DNA of 64,000 bases from Candidatus Latescibacterota bacterium (GTDB lineage: Bacteria > Latescibacterota > UBA2968 > UBA8231), in contig OZ241362.1 in the NCBI GenBank assembly GCA_965200315.1, forward strand, positions 1,600,001 through 1,664,000. The letters run 5' to 3'. The notes under the pieces are model-generated. The model did not search any database, had not been told where the DNA came from, and saw only the letters and a list, made by a program, of their open reading frames with translations. Positions 1 to 8,346 of the stretch are shown one piece after another. The stretch's first letter is position 1, and each line of letters opens with the position of its first letter. A program made the position numbers and the translations under genes.

Positions 1-3000
1 TTCCAATTCGGGCAGGGGAAATTCGATCACCCCTTGCCGATAATCCCCGCCCTGCGCGCTGTACAGCTCGGTCAAGGTGAACAACTCGCCGTCGATGGCC
101 AGCTCGATTTCGTGTCCGGTCTCTCCGGTGATGTTGATGCCGCTGGGATCCGCAATCGAGGCCAACAACACCGTCTGCCGCGGAATCGTGCGGCCTTTGG
201 CTCCCTCAAAGCGCAGGGAAATTTCCGGCCCTTCCACATCCGCTTCCACCCCTTCGGCCGTGCCCGCTAGCACCAGTCCGTCCGCCGCGCCAAAGGCTGC
301 CGGGCTATTATCGCTCCAGACGTAGGCACTGATGCGGCCGTTTTCTCCGCCATAAGTAATGTCTTTAGGGACCCGGAACGCGGCGTTGAAGCGGCCCTCG
401 GCTACTGGAAAGCGGCCGCGAAACATGGGGGCACCACTCTGCTGGTAGGTATAGCCCTCCAAGTCGCTCTCTTCACTCGAATCAAAGGCCTGCAACCACA
501 CTTGGCCCGCATAGCCGATGGCCGACTCACCAGCCGCGTTGAGGATTTGGCCGGCGATGGGCACTTCGCCGAGGGCACTGAGCGAATCGGCCACATCGAT
601 CTGCACCTGAAAGCGCGGCGTGGCCAAGCGCGTCGCCGGGTCGCCGAAAAGCGAGTAGCGCTGAATGTTGCGGAACCAAGAGTAGGCGCTGGGAGCATCG
701 GGGGAATACCGCGACAACGGCAATAGCGATAGCTTACCCTCGGTGAGGGCTAGCCCAATCGGCACATGCTTCCGCTCAGTGTGGTACATATGCTCGTAGA
801 ACTGATTGGCCAACTGGACATTGCTAGGGTGATACCCCACCCGGGTCGCGCAAATCATGCCGATCACGCCCCCGTTTTCCTTCTTCAGCAACGCCTCGGG
901 GATGGAGAGGCGCACGGGATCGTCGAACACCCCAACTTGACTCGCAGCCGTGAAAAATAAGGGCAGGCGAGCGCCGTTTTTGAGTTTGTCCAAATCGCGG
1001 GCCAGCAAGAACATACTCTCGTGAGCCAGCACGTTAAAGCTGCCGTGCCCCAAATAAGTCACAGTGAGCGCGCCCTCGTTGAAGAGCCGGATAAACTCGT
1101 CGCGGGCCCGCGGTTTCTCCCGTCCCTCTAAGGGAAATTGGGCTATGTAGAGTTTGATCAAGTCCAACGAATTGGGCAGGATGTTGCGGGCCATGTCTTC
1201 GCTATCTCGGATAAACATCGCCTCGACCCTGCCCGGACTATCTCGATTGAGCAAGTCGTCCGAGATTAATGCCTGTCGGCTCTGCCAAGGCCCCACTTCG
1301 GGTGCGCGGTCATAGGCGATGATTTTATCGACGACCACGTCGGCCTCGGCCGCCGTCTGCACCGTCAGCCGCCCAATAGCCATGTCGGGGTACAAATCGC
1401 CGCCTACCACGCGCGTGTACCACTCGTCGTACGTGCTGTCGCCGTCTTGGAACGGCGGGATCCAATTGCCCTGACTGAGGGCCGAATTGTTTTTGTAATC
1501 GTACGATCCATCGCCAATCAAGGCCACAAATAGCGGCGCGGGATCCCAGTGCTCGGCCGCGTAGGCGAGAAAATTGCGGATCGCCGCCGGGTCTAAAAGG
1601 CCGCCGGAAAATTCGTCGTAGATGTCTTGTACGTCGATGGCCATTGTCCGTAGGGGCGGCCCGAAGCGGTCGTCTTCAGCACGCCATTGTGCCAAGCGCT
1701 CGGCCGCAGCGCGAAAGTCGCGGTGGTAAATCGCCACCCAATCGGCCCCCCAAGCCCCGGTCGTCAAATTGCCGGGCCAGTCGAGTTCGATCTGCACCGG
1801 TCGCTTCCAAGTCGCTGGACCGCCCACTGCGTAATGACGCGGCACCTCCCCGGGCCGATCCTGAAAAATTACCGTCCCGGCCTGCGCGTCGTACGCGAAG
1901 TCCACGATCTCGGCCAAACCCGCAGACACCTCAAAGACGCGAGGCTGCTCGGCGGCCAAACCCGCGAGGCGGAATTGCGTGGTGCCCGTCAGCGGATAGG
2001 TGAAGAACAGTTCGCCGCGCTCGGCGACAAAGCCCCGGCTGTACTCCACTTCGTACCAGTCGAAGCGCGACGGATCGCCGGAGTGAAAAATCCCCAAGTG
2101 ATTCAGCCCCTCCTGCGCCCCCATCGCCGTCCACAGCGTATCGGATGCAAAGAATCTGTTGGTTGTAAAAGTCACCGTTCCGATGGTCTCTTCGTTCCAG
2201 CGCACCTCAAGTCGCGGCCGCGTCTTAGGCACCCCGATAAAGCCCAAACGCACAGCCACCGGATCGGAGGCGGCCTGCCGCACCACCACCGGAAAATTGC
2301 GCGCATTGCCGCGAAAATCCTCCCAGTACCAAGTGTAGCCGGACTTGATGCTATAAATCTGGTGGAGGACGAACTGTTCGGCTTCTTCGTGGATTCGCAC
2401 TCGATAGCTCGTGGGCTGCAGAGGATCGGACGCGGCTAAGGCACCGCTCCTCTGCTCGGCCCGCCGCCCCTCGCTCCCACCGCCAAAACCCAGCCAGTAC
2501 GTGTTTTCGCGCGTATAAAGATTGTGCCGATACTGAAACGAACGGCTATCTTGCGAGTATTCCCAGCGGCTGACCGGCTCGGCCCAAAACAAGACGAAGT
2601 CATCCGCGTCCAAACGGCCATCGCCCCCGTCTTCTACGACTAAGCCCACTTCCGACATGGCTTGAGGCGGGTTTATCTCGTGGATGGGCAAGGCTTTTCC
2701 GCCTCCGTAGTACAGGCGCAAACTCGCTGGCTCGACGTCGCCGATTGCCACTCCAGCGGCCTCTAAGTCGGCTCCCGATATCCGGTACATTCCCTCTTCT
2801 GCGACGAAGATCCGCAGCCAAGTTCCTTCCTGCAACGCGGCTTTGCGCGCTGGCCGCCGCTTGGGTGGCAATCGCCAGTTCTCGGCTTGCTCGGGATTGA
2901 CGAGCAGCCCTCGGTAGAATGCTTCGCCCCAAGGATCGGCGACGCGAGAGCCGCTGCTGCCGGTCACGTGCAGGTCAACGACGATGCGATCGTACAAGGT

Positions 3001-3339
3001 CCGCGTCCCGTCTGCTTCGACGCGCGGGGCAAACGCCACCGGAACGATGCGCTGGCGACGCGCAAAACCGCTCTCGCCGAGGAAGACCGGGCCGGGCGTG
3101 GGCGCGTCGTCTTCAGCGGCGCGATCCGTCCGCGCCACGCGGGCTTCAACCAACTCCAAGCGAACCTGTCCGTCGGTTGGGACGCCGATCAAGGCACCGT
3201 GCCCCTGCTCTAATTCTCGGCCTTCGGGCAGCCAAACCAACCGCAGGTGCTGCGGCGTCTGTTCGCTTACGCGCAATTCCGCCATGGCCGCACTCCCGCA
3301 AAAAAGCGCGAGCACCCAAAAGCAGCATTTGAATCTCAT
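1..3339 (-). CDS. porU: Type IX secretion sortase PorU-like, peptidase C25 (gingipain) family; 3'-partial, runs off window start
   Basis: Absent from the ORF track (no stop inside the window). ATG at 3339 begins signal peptide MRFKCCFWVLALFCGSAAMA. In-frame spot translations give C25 motifs YDEFSGGLLDPAAIRNF, LIGDGSYD, NEGALTVTYLGHG and LPLFFTAASQVGVFDD. The frame was spot-checked, not read codon by codon. Confidence 0.85.
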   Translation of the reverse strand, partial: MRFKCCFWVLALFCGSAAMAELRVSEQTPQHLRLVWLPEGRELEQGHGALIGVPTDGQVRLELVEARVARTDRAAEDDAPTPGPVFLGESGFARRQRIVPVAFAPRVEADGTRTLYDRIVVDLHVTGSSGSRVADPWGEAFYRGLLVNPEQAENWRLPPKRRPARKAALQEGTWLRIFVAEEGMYRISGADLEAAGVAIGDVEPASLRLYYGGGKALPIHEINPPQAMSEVGLVVEDGGDGRLDADDFVLFWAEPVSRWEYSQDSRSFQYRHNLYTRENTYWLGFGGGSEGRRAEQRSGALAASDPLQPTSYRVRIHEEAEQFVLHQIYSIKSGYTWYWEDFRGNARNFPVVVRQAASDPVAVRLGFIGVPKTRPRLEVRWNEETIGTVTFTTNRFFASDTLWTAMGAQEGLNHLGIFHSGDPSRFDWYEVEYSRGFVAERGELFFTYPLTGTTQFRLAGLAAEQPRVFEVSAGLAEIVDFAYDAQAGTVIFQDRPGEVPRHYAVGGPATWKRPVQIELDWPGNLTTGAWGADWVAIYHRDFRAAAERLAQWRAEDDRFGPPLRTMAIDVQDIYDEFSGGLLDPAAIRNFLAYAAEHWDPAPLFVALIGDGSYDYKNNSALSQGNWIPPFQDGDSTYDEWYTRVVGGDLYPDMAIGRLTVQTAAEADVVVDKIIAYDRAPEVGPWQSRQALISDDLLNRDSPGRVEAMFIRDSEDMARNILPNSLDLIKLYIAQFPLEGREKPRARDEFIRLFNEGALTVTYLGHGSFNVLAHESMFLLARDLDKLKNGARLPLFFTAASQVGVFDDPVRLSIPEALLKKENGGVIGMICATRVGYHPSNVQLANQFYEHMYHTERKHVPIGLALTEGKLSLLPLSRYSPDAPSAYSWFRNIQRYSLFGDPATRLATPRFQVQIDVADSLSALGEVPIAGQILNAAGESAIGYAGQVWLQAFDSSEESDLEGYTYQQSGAPMFRGRFPVAEGRFNAAFRVPKDITYGGENGRISAYVWSDNSPAAFGAADGLVLAGTAEGVEADVEGPEISLRFEGAKGRTIPRQTVLLASIADPSGINITGETGHEIELAIDGELFTLTELYSAQGGDYRQGVIEFPLPELE

Positions 3340-3521
3340 AAAATCGTAATGGTATAGGTGGGATTGGTCATTTGGCTCAGTACAACTACGGTCTTAGCTG
3401 GGTGGGCGGAGAAAACGCGTACGCAGAGTAGGTGGCGTGTAGTGTACTTAGGTCATTTGGTTATGGCGATTCGCTTTTGTAAGGTCATTCCAAGCCCCTT
3501 TTTTGTCAAGGGCATCTCATC

Positions 3522-3550
3522 TTGACTTATCGGCTCCGCGCCGCTATGTT
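3522..3550 (+). promoter_or_regulatory. Putative sigma-70 promoter of rpmB
   Basis: TTGACT-17 bp-TATGTT upstream of the GGGAGG RBS. Confidence 0.5.
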
Positions 3551-3577
3551 TTATGGTTTCTTAACAGGGAGGCACTC

Positions 3578-3805
3578 ATGGCCAGACAATGCAGCCTGAC
3601 CAAAGTCAAGGGCCTAGTTGGCAACAACGTCAGCCACTCGCAGCGCAAAACCAAGCGCGTCCAACAGCCCAATCTCATCAAAAAGCGCATCTTCATTCCC
3701 GAGGAAAACCGCACCGTCACCCTACGCCTGACCGCCCGCGCCCTCCGCACATTAAACAAAAAAGGCGTCTATCAGTTCCTAAAAGAAAACGGGATCAAGG
3801 TCTGA
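3578..3805 (+). CDS. rpmB: 50S ribosomal protein L28
   Basis: MARQCSLT...GNNVSHSQRKTKRVQQPNL; GGGAGG RBS before ATG 3578. Confidence 0.97.
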   Translation: MARQCSLTKVKGLVGNNVSHSQRKTKRVQQPNLIKKRIFIPEENRTVTLRLTARALRTLNKKGVYQFLKENGIKV

Positions 3806-3834
3806 GCGGGCAAAAGCCCGCGCCTTCCGCGTAG

Positions 3835-4950
3835 ATGAACCACGGCGAAGACGCAGCCGACGCCATCCAAGAGCGAGTTCGCCAAGCCCTAGCCGAAAAC
3901 GCGGCCCTAAAAATTTTTGCCGGCCGCACCAAGTCCTTTCTCGGACGCCGACACGACGGAACCTCACTCGACCTCACCGCTCTGACCGGCATCGTTAGCT
4001 ACGAGCCAAACGAGTTGGTCCTAGTCGCTCGCCCGGGCACCAAGCTGAGCGAAATAGAAGCCCTGTGCCGTAACGAAAACCAGTACTTTGCTTTTGAACC
4101 GCCCGCTTGGGGTGCGGCCGCGACCATCGGTGGCACGGTCGCCTGCAACCTCTCGGGGCCGCGGCGCTTCAAGATGGGCGCACTGCGCGATCACTTGCTC
4201 GGTGCCGAGCTAATCGACGGCCGCGGTGAGCGAATTCGCACCGGCGGCAAAGTCGTCAAAAACGTCACGGGCTACGATCTGTCCAAGGTGCTGGCTGGGT
4301 CCTTTGGGACGCTGGGAGTACTCACCGAAGTCTGCCTCAAGGTCTGGCCGCGTCCCGAAACCCAAGCAACCCTATTCATTCACGGGCTGACGCCCTCAGC
4401 AGCATTGGCGCGAATTCTCGCTTGGGCGGCGCGACCTTTCCAGATCACGGGCCTAGTTTGCAACGCCGACCGGTTAGCTGCCCGCGTCGAAGGCCCAGAG
4501 CCAGCAGTGCGGGCACAGCTAACAACGCTGCGCGAAGAAGAATCAGCCGAGTCGGAGATAATAGAAGAGGCCGAATCGCACACCTTCTGGCGGCGCTGGC
4601 GCGAGCTTGAATGGCTGGTCCCGGCCGAGGGCCAGCAGCGCTGGCGCTTTTCTGGACCGCCGACCAAAATGGCGCAATTAATGAAAGCGCTAGAGGCCGA
4701 GGGGCTGAGCCGCTGGGGGCTGGACTGGGCCGGCGGCTTGCTCTGGGCATTGTTACCCGTGGCCGCCCAACCCGCGCGTTTGCATCGCACCGCTGCACAC
4801 CACCAAGCCAGCGGCTGGCGCTTTGCAGCCGACGAACACAACGAAGACGCCTTTACCCCGCTCAGCGCCGGCGCGACGCGCATGAATCAGATGCTCAAGC
4901 GCTCCCTCGACCCCCAAGGCATTTTCAACCGAGGCAAGATGTACGCCTAG
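3835..4950 (+). CDS. glcE: Glycolate oxidase FAD-binding subunit GlcE-like
   Basis: GIVSYEPNELV, ATIGGTVACNLSGPRR, GGKVVKNVTGYDLSK, C-terminal LDPQGIFNRG. Confidence 0.85.
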   Translation: MNHGEDAADAIQERVRQALAENAALKIFAGRTKSFLGRRHDGTSLDLTALTGIVSYEPNELVLVARPGTKLSEIEALCRNENQYFAFEPPAWGAAATIGGTVACNLSGPRRFKMGALRDHLLGAELIDGRGERIRTGGKVVKNVTGYDLSKVLAGSFGTLGVLTEVCLKVWPRPETQATLFIHGLTPSAALARILAWAARPFQITGLVCNADRLAARVEGPEPAVRAQLTTLREEESAESEIIEEAESHTFWRRWRELEWLVPAEGQQRWRFSGPPTKMAQLMKALEAEGLSRWGLDWAGGLLWALLPVAAQPARLHRTAAHHQASGWRFAADEHNEDAFTPLSAGATRMNQMLKRSLDPQGIFNRGKMYA

Positions 4951-6131
4951 TATATCTCGCCTGGACGATAGTCCGGCGGCGGCATTTCCCGTTCGCTAAG
5001 CCACAACGCCCGCCCAACCCGCGCCTGAACGTATTGATAGTCATAGCTCGTGTCTGGAGCGGCGATGTTGCCCTGCGAGGGATACTGGGCAATCGCCTCC
5101 TCGACAAGATCCACGCCCAACCCGGGCGCATCCGGCACCGCGATATGGCTATCGATCACTTCGGGCTGGCCGGTCATCACCTCGTAGCGCTGCGGCACAT
5201 CGTCGGTTAGGTGCTCCAAGATCAGGAAGTTGGGCAACGTGGCCATTAGGTGTACGGCTGCCATTTCGGCCACCGGCCCCAACGAGCCGTCGTGCGGGGC
5301 CACCGTGCAGTAGTGCGCCTCGGCCATAGCCGCAATTTTCTTCATCTGCCCCAAACCCCCAGCGCGGCCCGTATCCGGCTGTACTACATCAATGATCTCG
5401 CGCTCAATCAGCTCCTTTACCCCCCAAATAGTGGCGTGGCGTTCACCCGCGGCCATGGGAATATCCACTGCGTCGGCGACCCGAGCGAGAGCGTTGATGT
5501 TTTCAGGGGCTACTGGATCCTCGTAAAACAGCAAGTCGTAGTCTTCAAGCGCGCGACCCAAGGCAATGGCGTCGCGCGTCGTCAGCCAAGGCGGGCCGTG
5601 GACATCGACCATGAGATCCACCTCGTCGCCGACTTCTTTGCGGATGGCGGCGACCGTTTCGACGCAGTTGTTGATCCCCCCGGTTTTGATCGCCGTATAG
5701 CCTTGATCGACCAAGGCGCGTGCCCGCTCTTTCTCGTGAGCGTGAGTATAGACCCGCACCCGGTCGCGCATCTTGCCGCCCAAGAGATTCCACACCGGCT
5801 GCCCAAGGGCCTTACCCTTGATGTCCCACAGGGCCATCTCAATGCCGGTCATGGCACCAGAGCCGACGATGCCGGTCATGCCGTGGCCCATCATTGCCAC
5901 CTGCATCTTGCCCCACAGTCGCTCAATGTGGAAGGGATCTTCGCCGATCATCAAAGGCGTTAGATCGTGGATGGCCGTTTCGACCACGCGCGGCCAGCCC
6001 GAAGCCTCGCCCACGCCGTAGATGCCAGCGTCGGTTTCGACCTTGACGAAGAGCCAGTTGCGCGCCGACCAACCGCTTGCCTGCGGAGGCGCACACTGCA
6101 TCAAATAGGTCTTAATCTGGGTAATTTTCAC
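4947..6131 (-). CDS. Mandelate racemase/galactonate dehydratase-like enolase superfamily enzyme
   Basis: GIEMALWDIKGK, metal ligands in LMVDVHG / FYEDP / AAGE, PGLGV; start refined to GTG 6131 after GGGAG. Confidence 0.88.
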   Translation of the reverse strand: MKITQIKTYLMQCAPPQASGWSARNWLFVKVETDAGIYGVGEASGWPRVVETAIHDLTPLMIGEDPFHIERLWGKMQVAMMGHGMTGIVGSGAMTGIEMALWDIKGKALGQPVWNLLGGKMRDRVRVYTHAHEKERARALVDQGYTAIKTGGINNCVETVAAIRKEVGDEVDLMVDVHGPPWLTTRDAIALGRALEDYDLLFYEDPVAPENINALARVADAVDIPMAAGERHATIWGVKELIEREIIDVVQPDTGRAGGLGQMKKIAAMAEAHYCTVAPHDGSLGPVAEMAAVHLMATLPNFLILEHLTDDVPQRYEVMTGQPEVIDSHIAVPDAPGLGVDLVEEAIAQYPSQGNIAAPDTSYDYQYVQARVGRALWLSEREMPPPDYRPGEIY

Positions 6132-6300
6132 AGCGATCTCCCGGTGTTGCGATGGAGCAACAAGTATAAGCCATACCTCAAAATCAATCCATTGCCAGCA
6201 CCCCATGCACAGATTGACAGGCATATTTTCAATACTTAGCTTCTAAATTTTCTATTTAATTTTATTTTTTAGTGATTTAATTCCGACAGATGCCTTTCTC

Positions 6301-7269
6301 ATGGATCCCTGTATAGGTCTGATCGATCAAGAACTGGCCCGGTTTGAAAAGCGGCTCAACGCCGAACTCAATGCCGATGTCGAGCTGGTTCACGTCATTG
6401 CCCGCTACATGGCCACCCTCAAGGGCAAGCGCCTCCGGCCGGCCCTCATCCTGCTCGTGGCCAAAGCGTCTGGCCGCTGGAACGAACAGCTAATCGACAC
6501 GGCTGTGGCCGTCGAAATGATTCACGCCGCCACCATGGCTCACGACGACGTAGTGGACTCAGCAACCATGCGCCGGGGCCGCGAGACGGTCAACGAGCGT
6601 TGGACCGGGCAGATCGCCGTGCTCATGGGTGACTTTCTGTTCGCACGCGCCCTGCGCCTGCTGATCGAGATCGGCAATCTGCAGGTCCTGAGCGCAGTCG
6701 CGTACGCCACCGAGCGGCTGAGCATAGGCGAAATTTTTGAAATCCAGATCGGCACACAGTGCGACACGCGCGAAGAGTCGTATTTTGCCATGGTCAGCGA
6801 CAAAACGGCTTCCCTGATCTCGGCCGCAACGCGGATTGGCGCTATTCTCTCCGGCGCATCAGACGAGATCGTGCAATCTATGGGGCGCTACGGAGAATCG
6901 CTCGGCCGTGCCTTCCAAGTCGCCGACGACATTCTCGATCTCACCAGCGATCAGGCGACCATGGGCAAGCCCGTCGGGCACGACCTGCGCGAAGGCAAGA
7001 TCACCTTGCCACTGATACGCGCCTTACAGCAAGCGCCCTCAGAAGCGCGGGCCGAGATGGAGGCCCTTTTGGCCCGGCCGGACAAGGACGAAGCCGAATG
7101 GAAGCAGATCGTGGCCTTTGTCGAACAGTACCGAGGGGTCGCCGCCGCCGTCAAAACCGCGCACGAATATGCCGCCCAAGCTCAGGAATGCCTAAAAGTA
7201 CTGGCCCCATCCCCGGCTCGCGCCGCACTAGAACGAGCCGTGCAGCTCGTCGTCGAACGCAACAATTGA
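6301..7269 (+). CDS. Polyprenyl diphosphate synthase (IspB/HepT-like)
   Basis: GKRLRP, FARM HDDVVD..RRG, SARM FQVADDILD. Confidence 0.93.
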   Translation: MDPCIGLIDQELARFEKRLNAELNADVELVHVIARYMATLKGKRLRPALILLVAKASGRWNEQLIDTAVAVEMIHAATMAHDDVVDSATMRRGRETVNERWTGQIAVLMGDFLFARALRLLIEIGNLQVLSAVAYATERLSIGEIFEIQIGTQCDTREESYFAMVSDKTASLISAATRIGAILSGASDEIVQSMGRYGESLGRAFQVADDILDLTSDQATMGKPVGHDLREGKITLPLIRALQQAPSEARAEMEALLARPDKDEAEWKQIVAFVEQYRGVAAAVKTAHEYAAQAQECLKVLAPSPARAALERAVQLVVERNN

Positions 7270-7280
7270 CAGACTAGCCC

Positions 7281-8327
7281 ATGCTCAAGCTGCTCAAGCG
7301 CAGTCTGCTAGCCCTAGGCGGCTTGGCCGTGGTCCTGTACTTTCTGCCGTCGTCCCAGCCCGCCGCGCCGGTGCGCGCCGACCGCCTCTTGTTGGGCACC
7401 CTCGTCACGGTCAAGCTCTACGGAGACGAAGCTGTGGTTCGCCCGCACCTAGAGGCGGCGTACGCGGAGATCGCCCGCGTCGATTCGGCGATGAGCCACT
7501 ACCGGGCGGACGGTGCCTTGCGGCGGCTAGAACAGCAGGCGCAACTCGCTCCAACGCGAGGCTCGGCCGGGCTGATTGCGGTCTTGACGCGCAGCCAGCA
7601 CTTCGCCGCGTTGACCGATGGAGCTTTTGACTGCACGGTGGGGGCGTTGACGAGCCTGTGGAACTCCCCCGATGCGGCAGCGCCGCCTGCCCCGGCGCAG
7701 ATTGATTCGGTGCTGGCACTGGTAGGCTACGAAGGGTTGGAGGTTGCGGCCCAGTCGTTTCGGATCAACAAGCCGGGGCTGCGGTTGGATTTGGGAGCGG
7801 CGGCCAAAGGCTACGCGGTTGACCAAGCCGTGGCGGCCATACAGGAGTTGCAAGTGGAAGCCGGGGTGATTGAGGCCGGGGGCGATATTCGCTATTGGGG
7901 CGAAAAGCCGGACGGGCGGCCTTGGCTCTTTGGGGTGCAGCATCCGCGCGACCCAGAGCAATACATAGCAGTAGAAGACCTCGGGCTCACGGCGATCGCG
8001 ACCTCCGGCGACTACGAGCAGTACTTTGATTGGGAGGGCGAGCGCTATCACCACTTGCTCGACCCCAAGACCGGCTATCCAGCGCGGGCTAGCATAAGTG
8101 CCACTGTGTGGGCCGCGACCGCACTGGACGCCGACATTCTGTCAACCGCGGTCTTCGTCTTAGGGCCGGAGCAAGGGCTGGCACTCGTCGATGGCCTACC
8201 GGCTGTCGAGGGCTTTATTTTCTTTGTGCGAGACGGGCAGCTCATGCACAGGGCATCAACCGGGCTGCGCGACCGCTTTCGCTTTTGCAATAGCAACAAA
8301 CCTTCGCCGGGCTGTGCTCGGCACTAG
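7281..8327 (+). CDS. apbE: FAD:protein FMN transferase ApbE
   Basis: LDLGAAAKGYAVD, AGGDIR, ATSGDYE, YHHLLDPKTGYP, ADILSTA. Confidence 0.92.
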   Translation: MLKLLKRSLLALGGLAVVLYFLPSSQPAAPVRADRLLLGTLVTVKLYGDEAVVRPHLEAAYAEIARVDSAMSHYRADGALRRLEQQAQLAPTRGSAGLIAVLTRSQHFAALTDGAFDCTVGALTSLWNSPDAAAPPAPAQIDSVLALVGYEGLEVAAQSFRINKPGLRLDLGAAAKGYAVDQAVAAIQELQVEAGVIEAGGDIRYWGEKPDGRPWLFGVQHPRDPEQYIAVEDLGLTAIATSGDYEQYFDWEGERYHHLLDPKTGYPARASISATVWAATALDADILSTAVFVLGPEQGLALVDGLPAVEGFIFFVRDGQLMHRASTGLRDRFRFCNSNKPSPGCARH

Positions 8328-8346
8328 CGGAGTAAAGACCAAATTT

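Noticed and set aside
34-3349. Many short ORFs listed in the track across the first 3.3 kb
   Set aside because: They are shadow or off-frame ORFs over the minus-strand PorU-like gene, which the track missed because it has no in-window stop.
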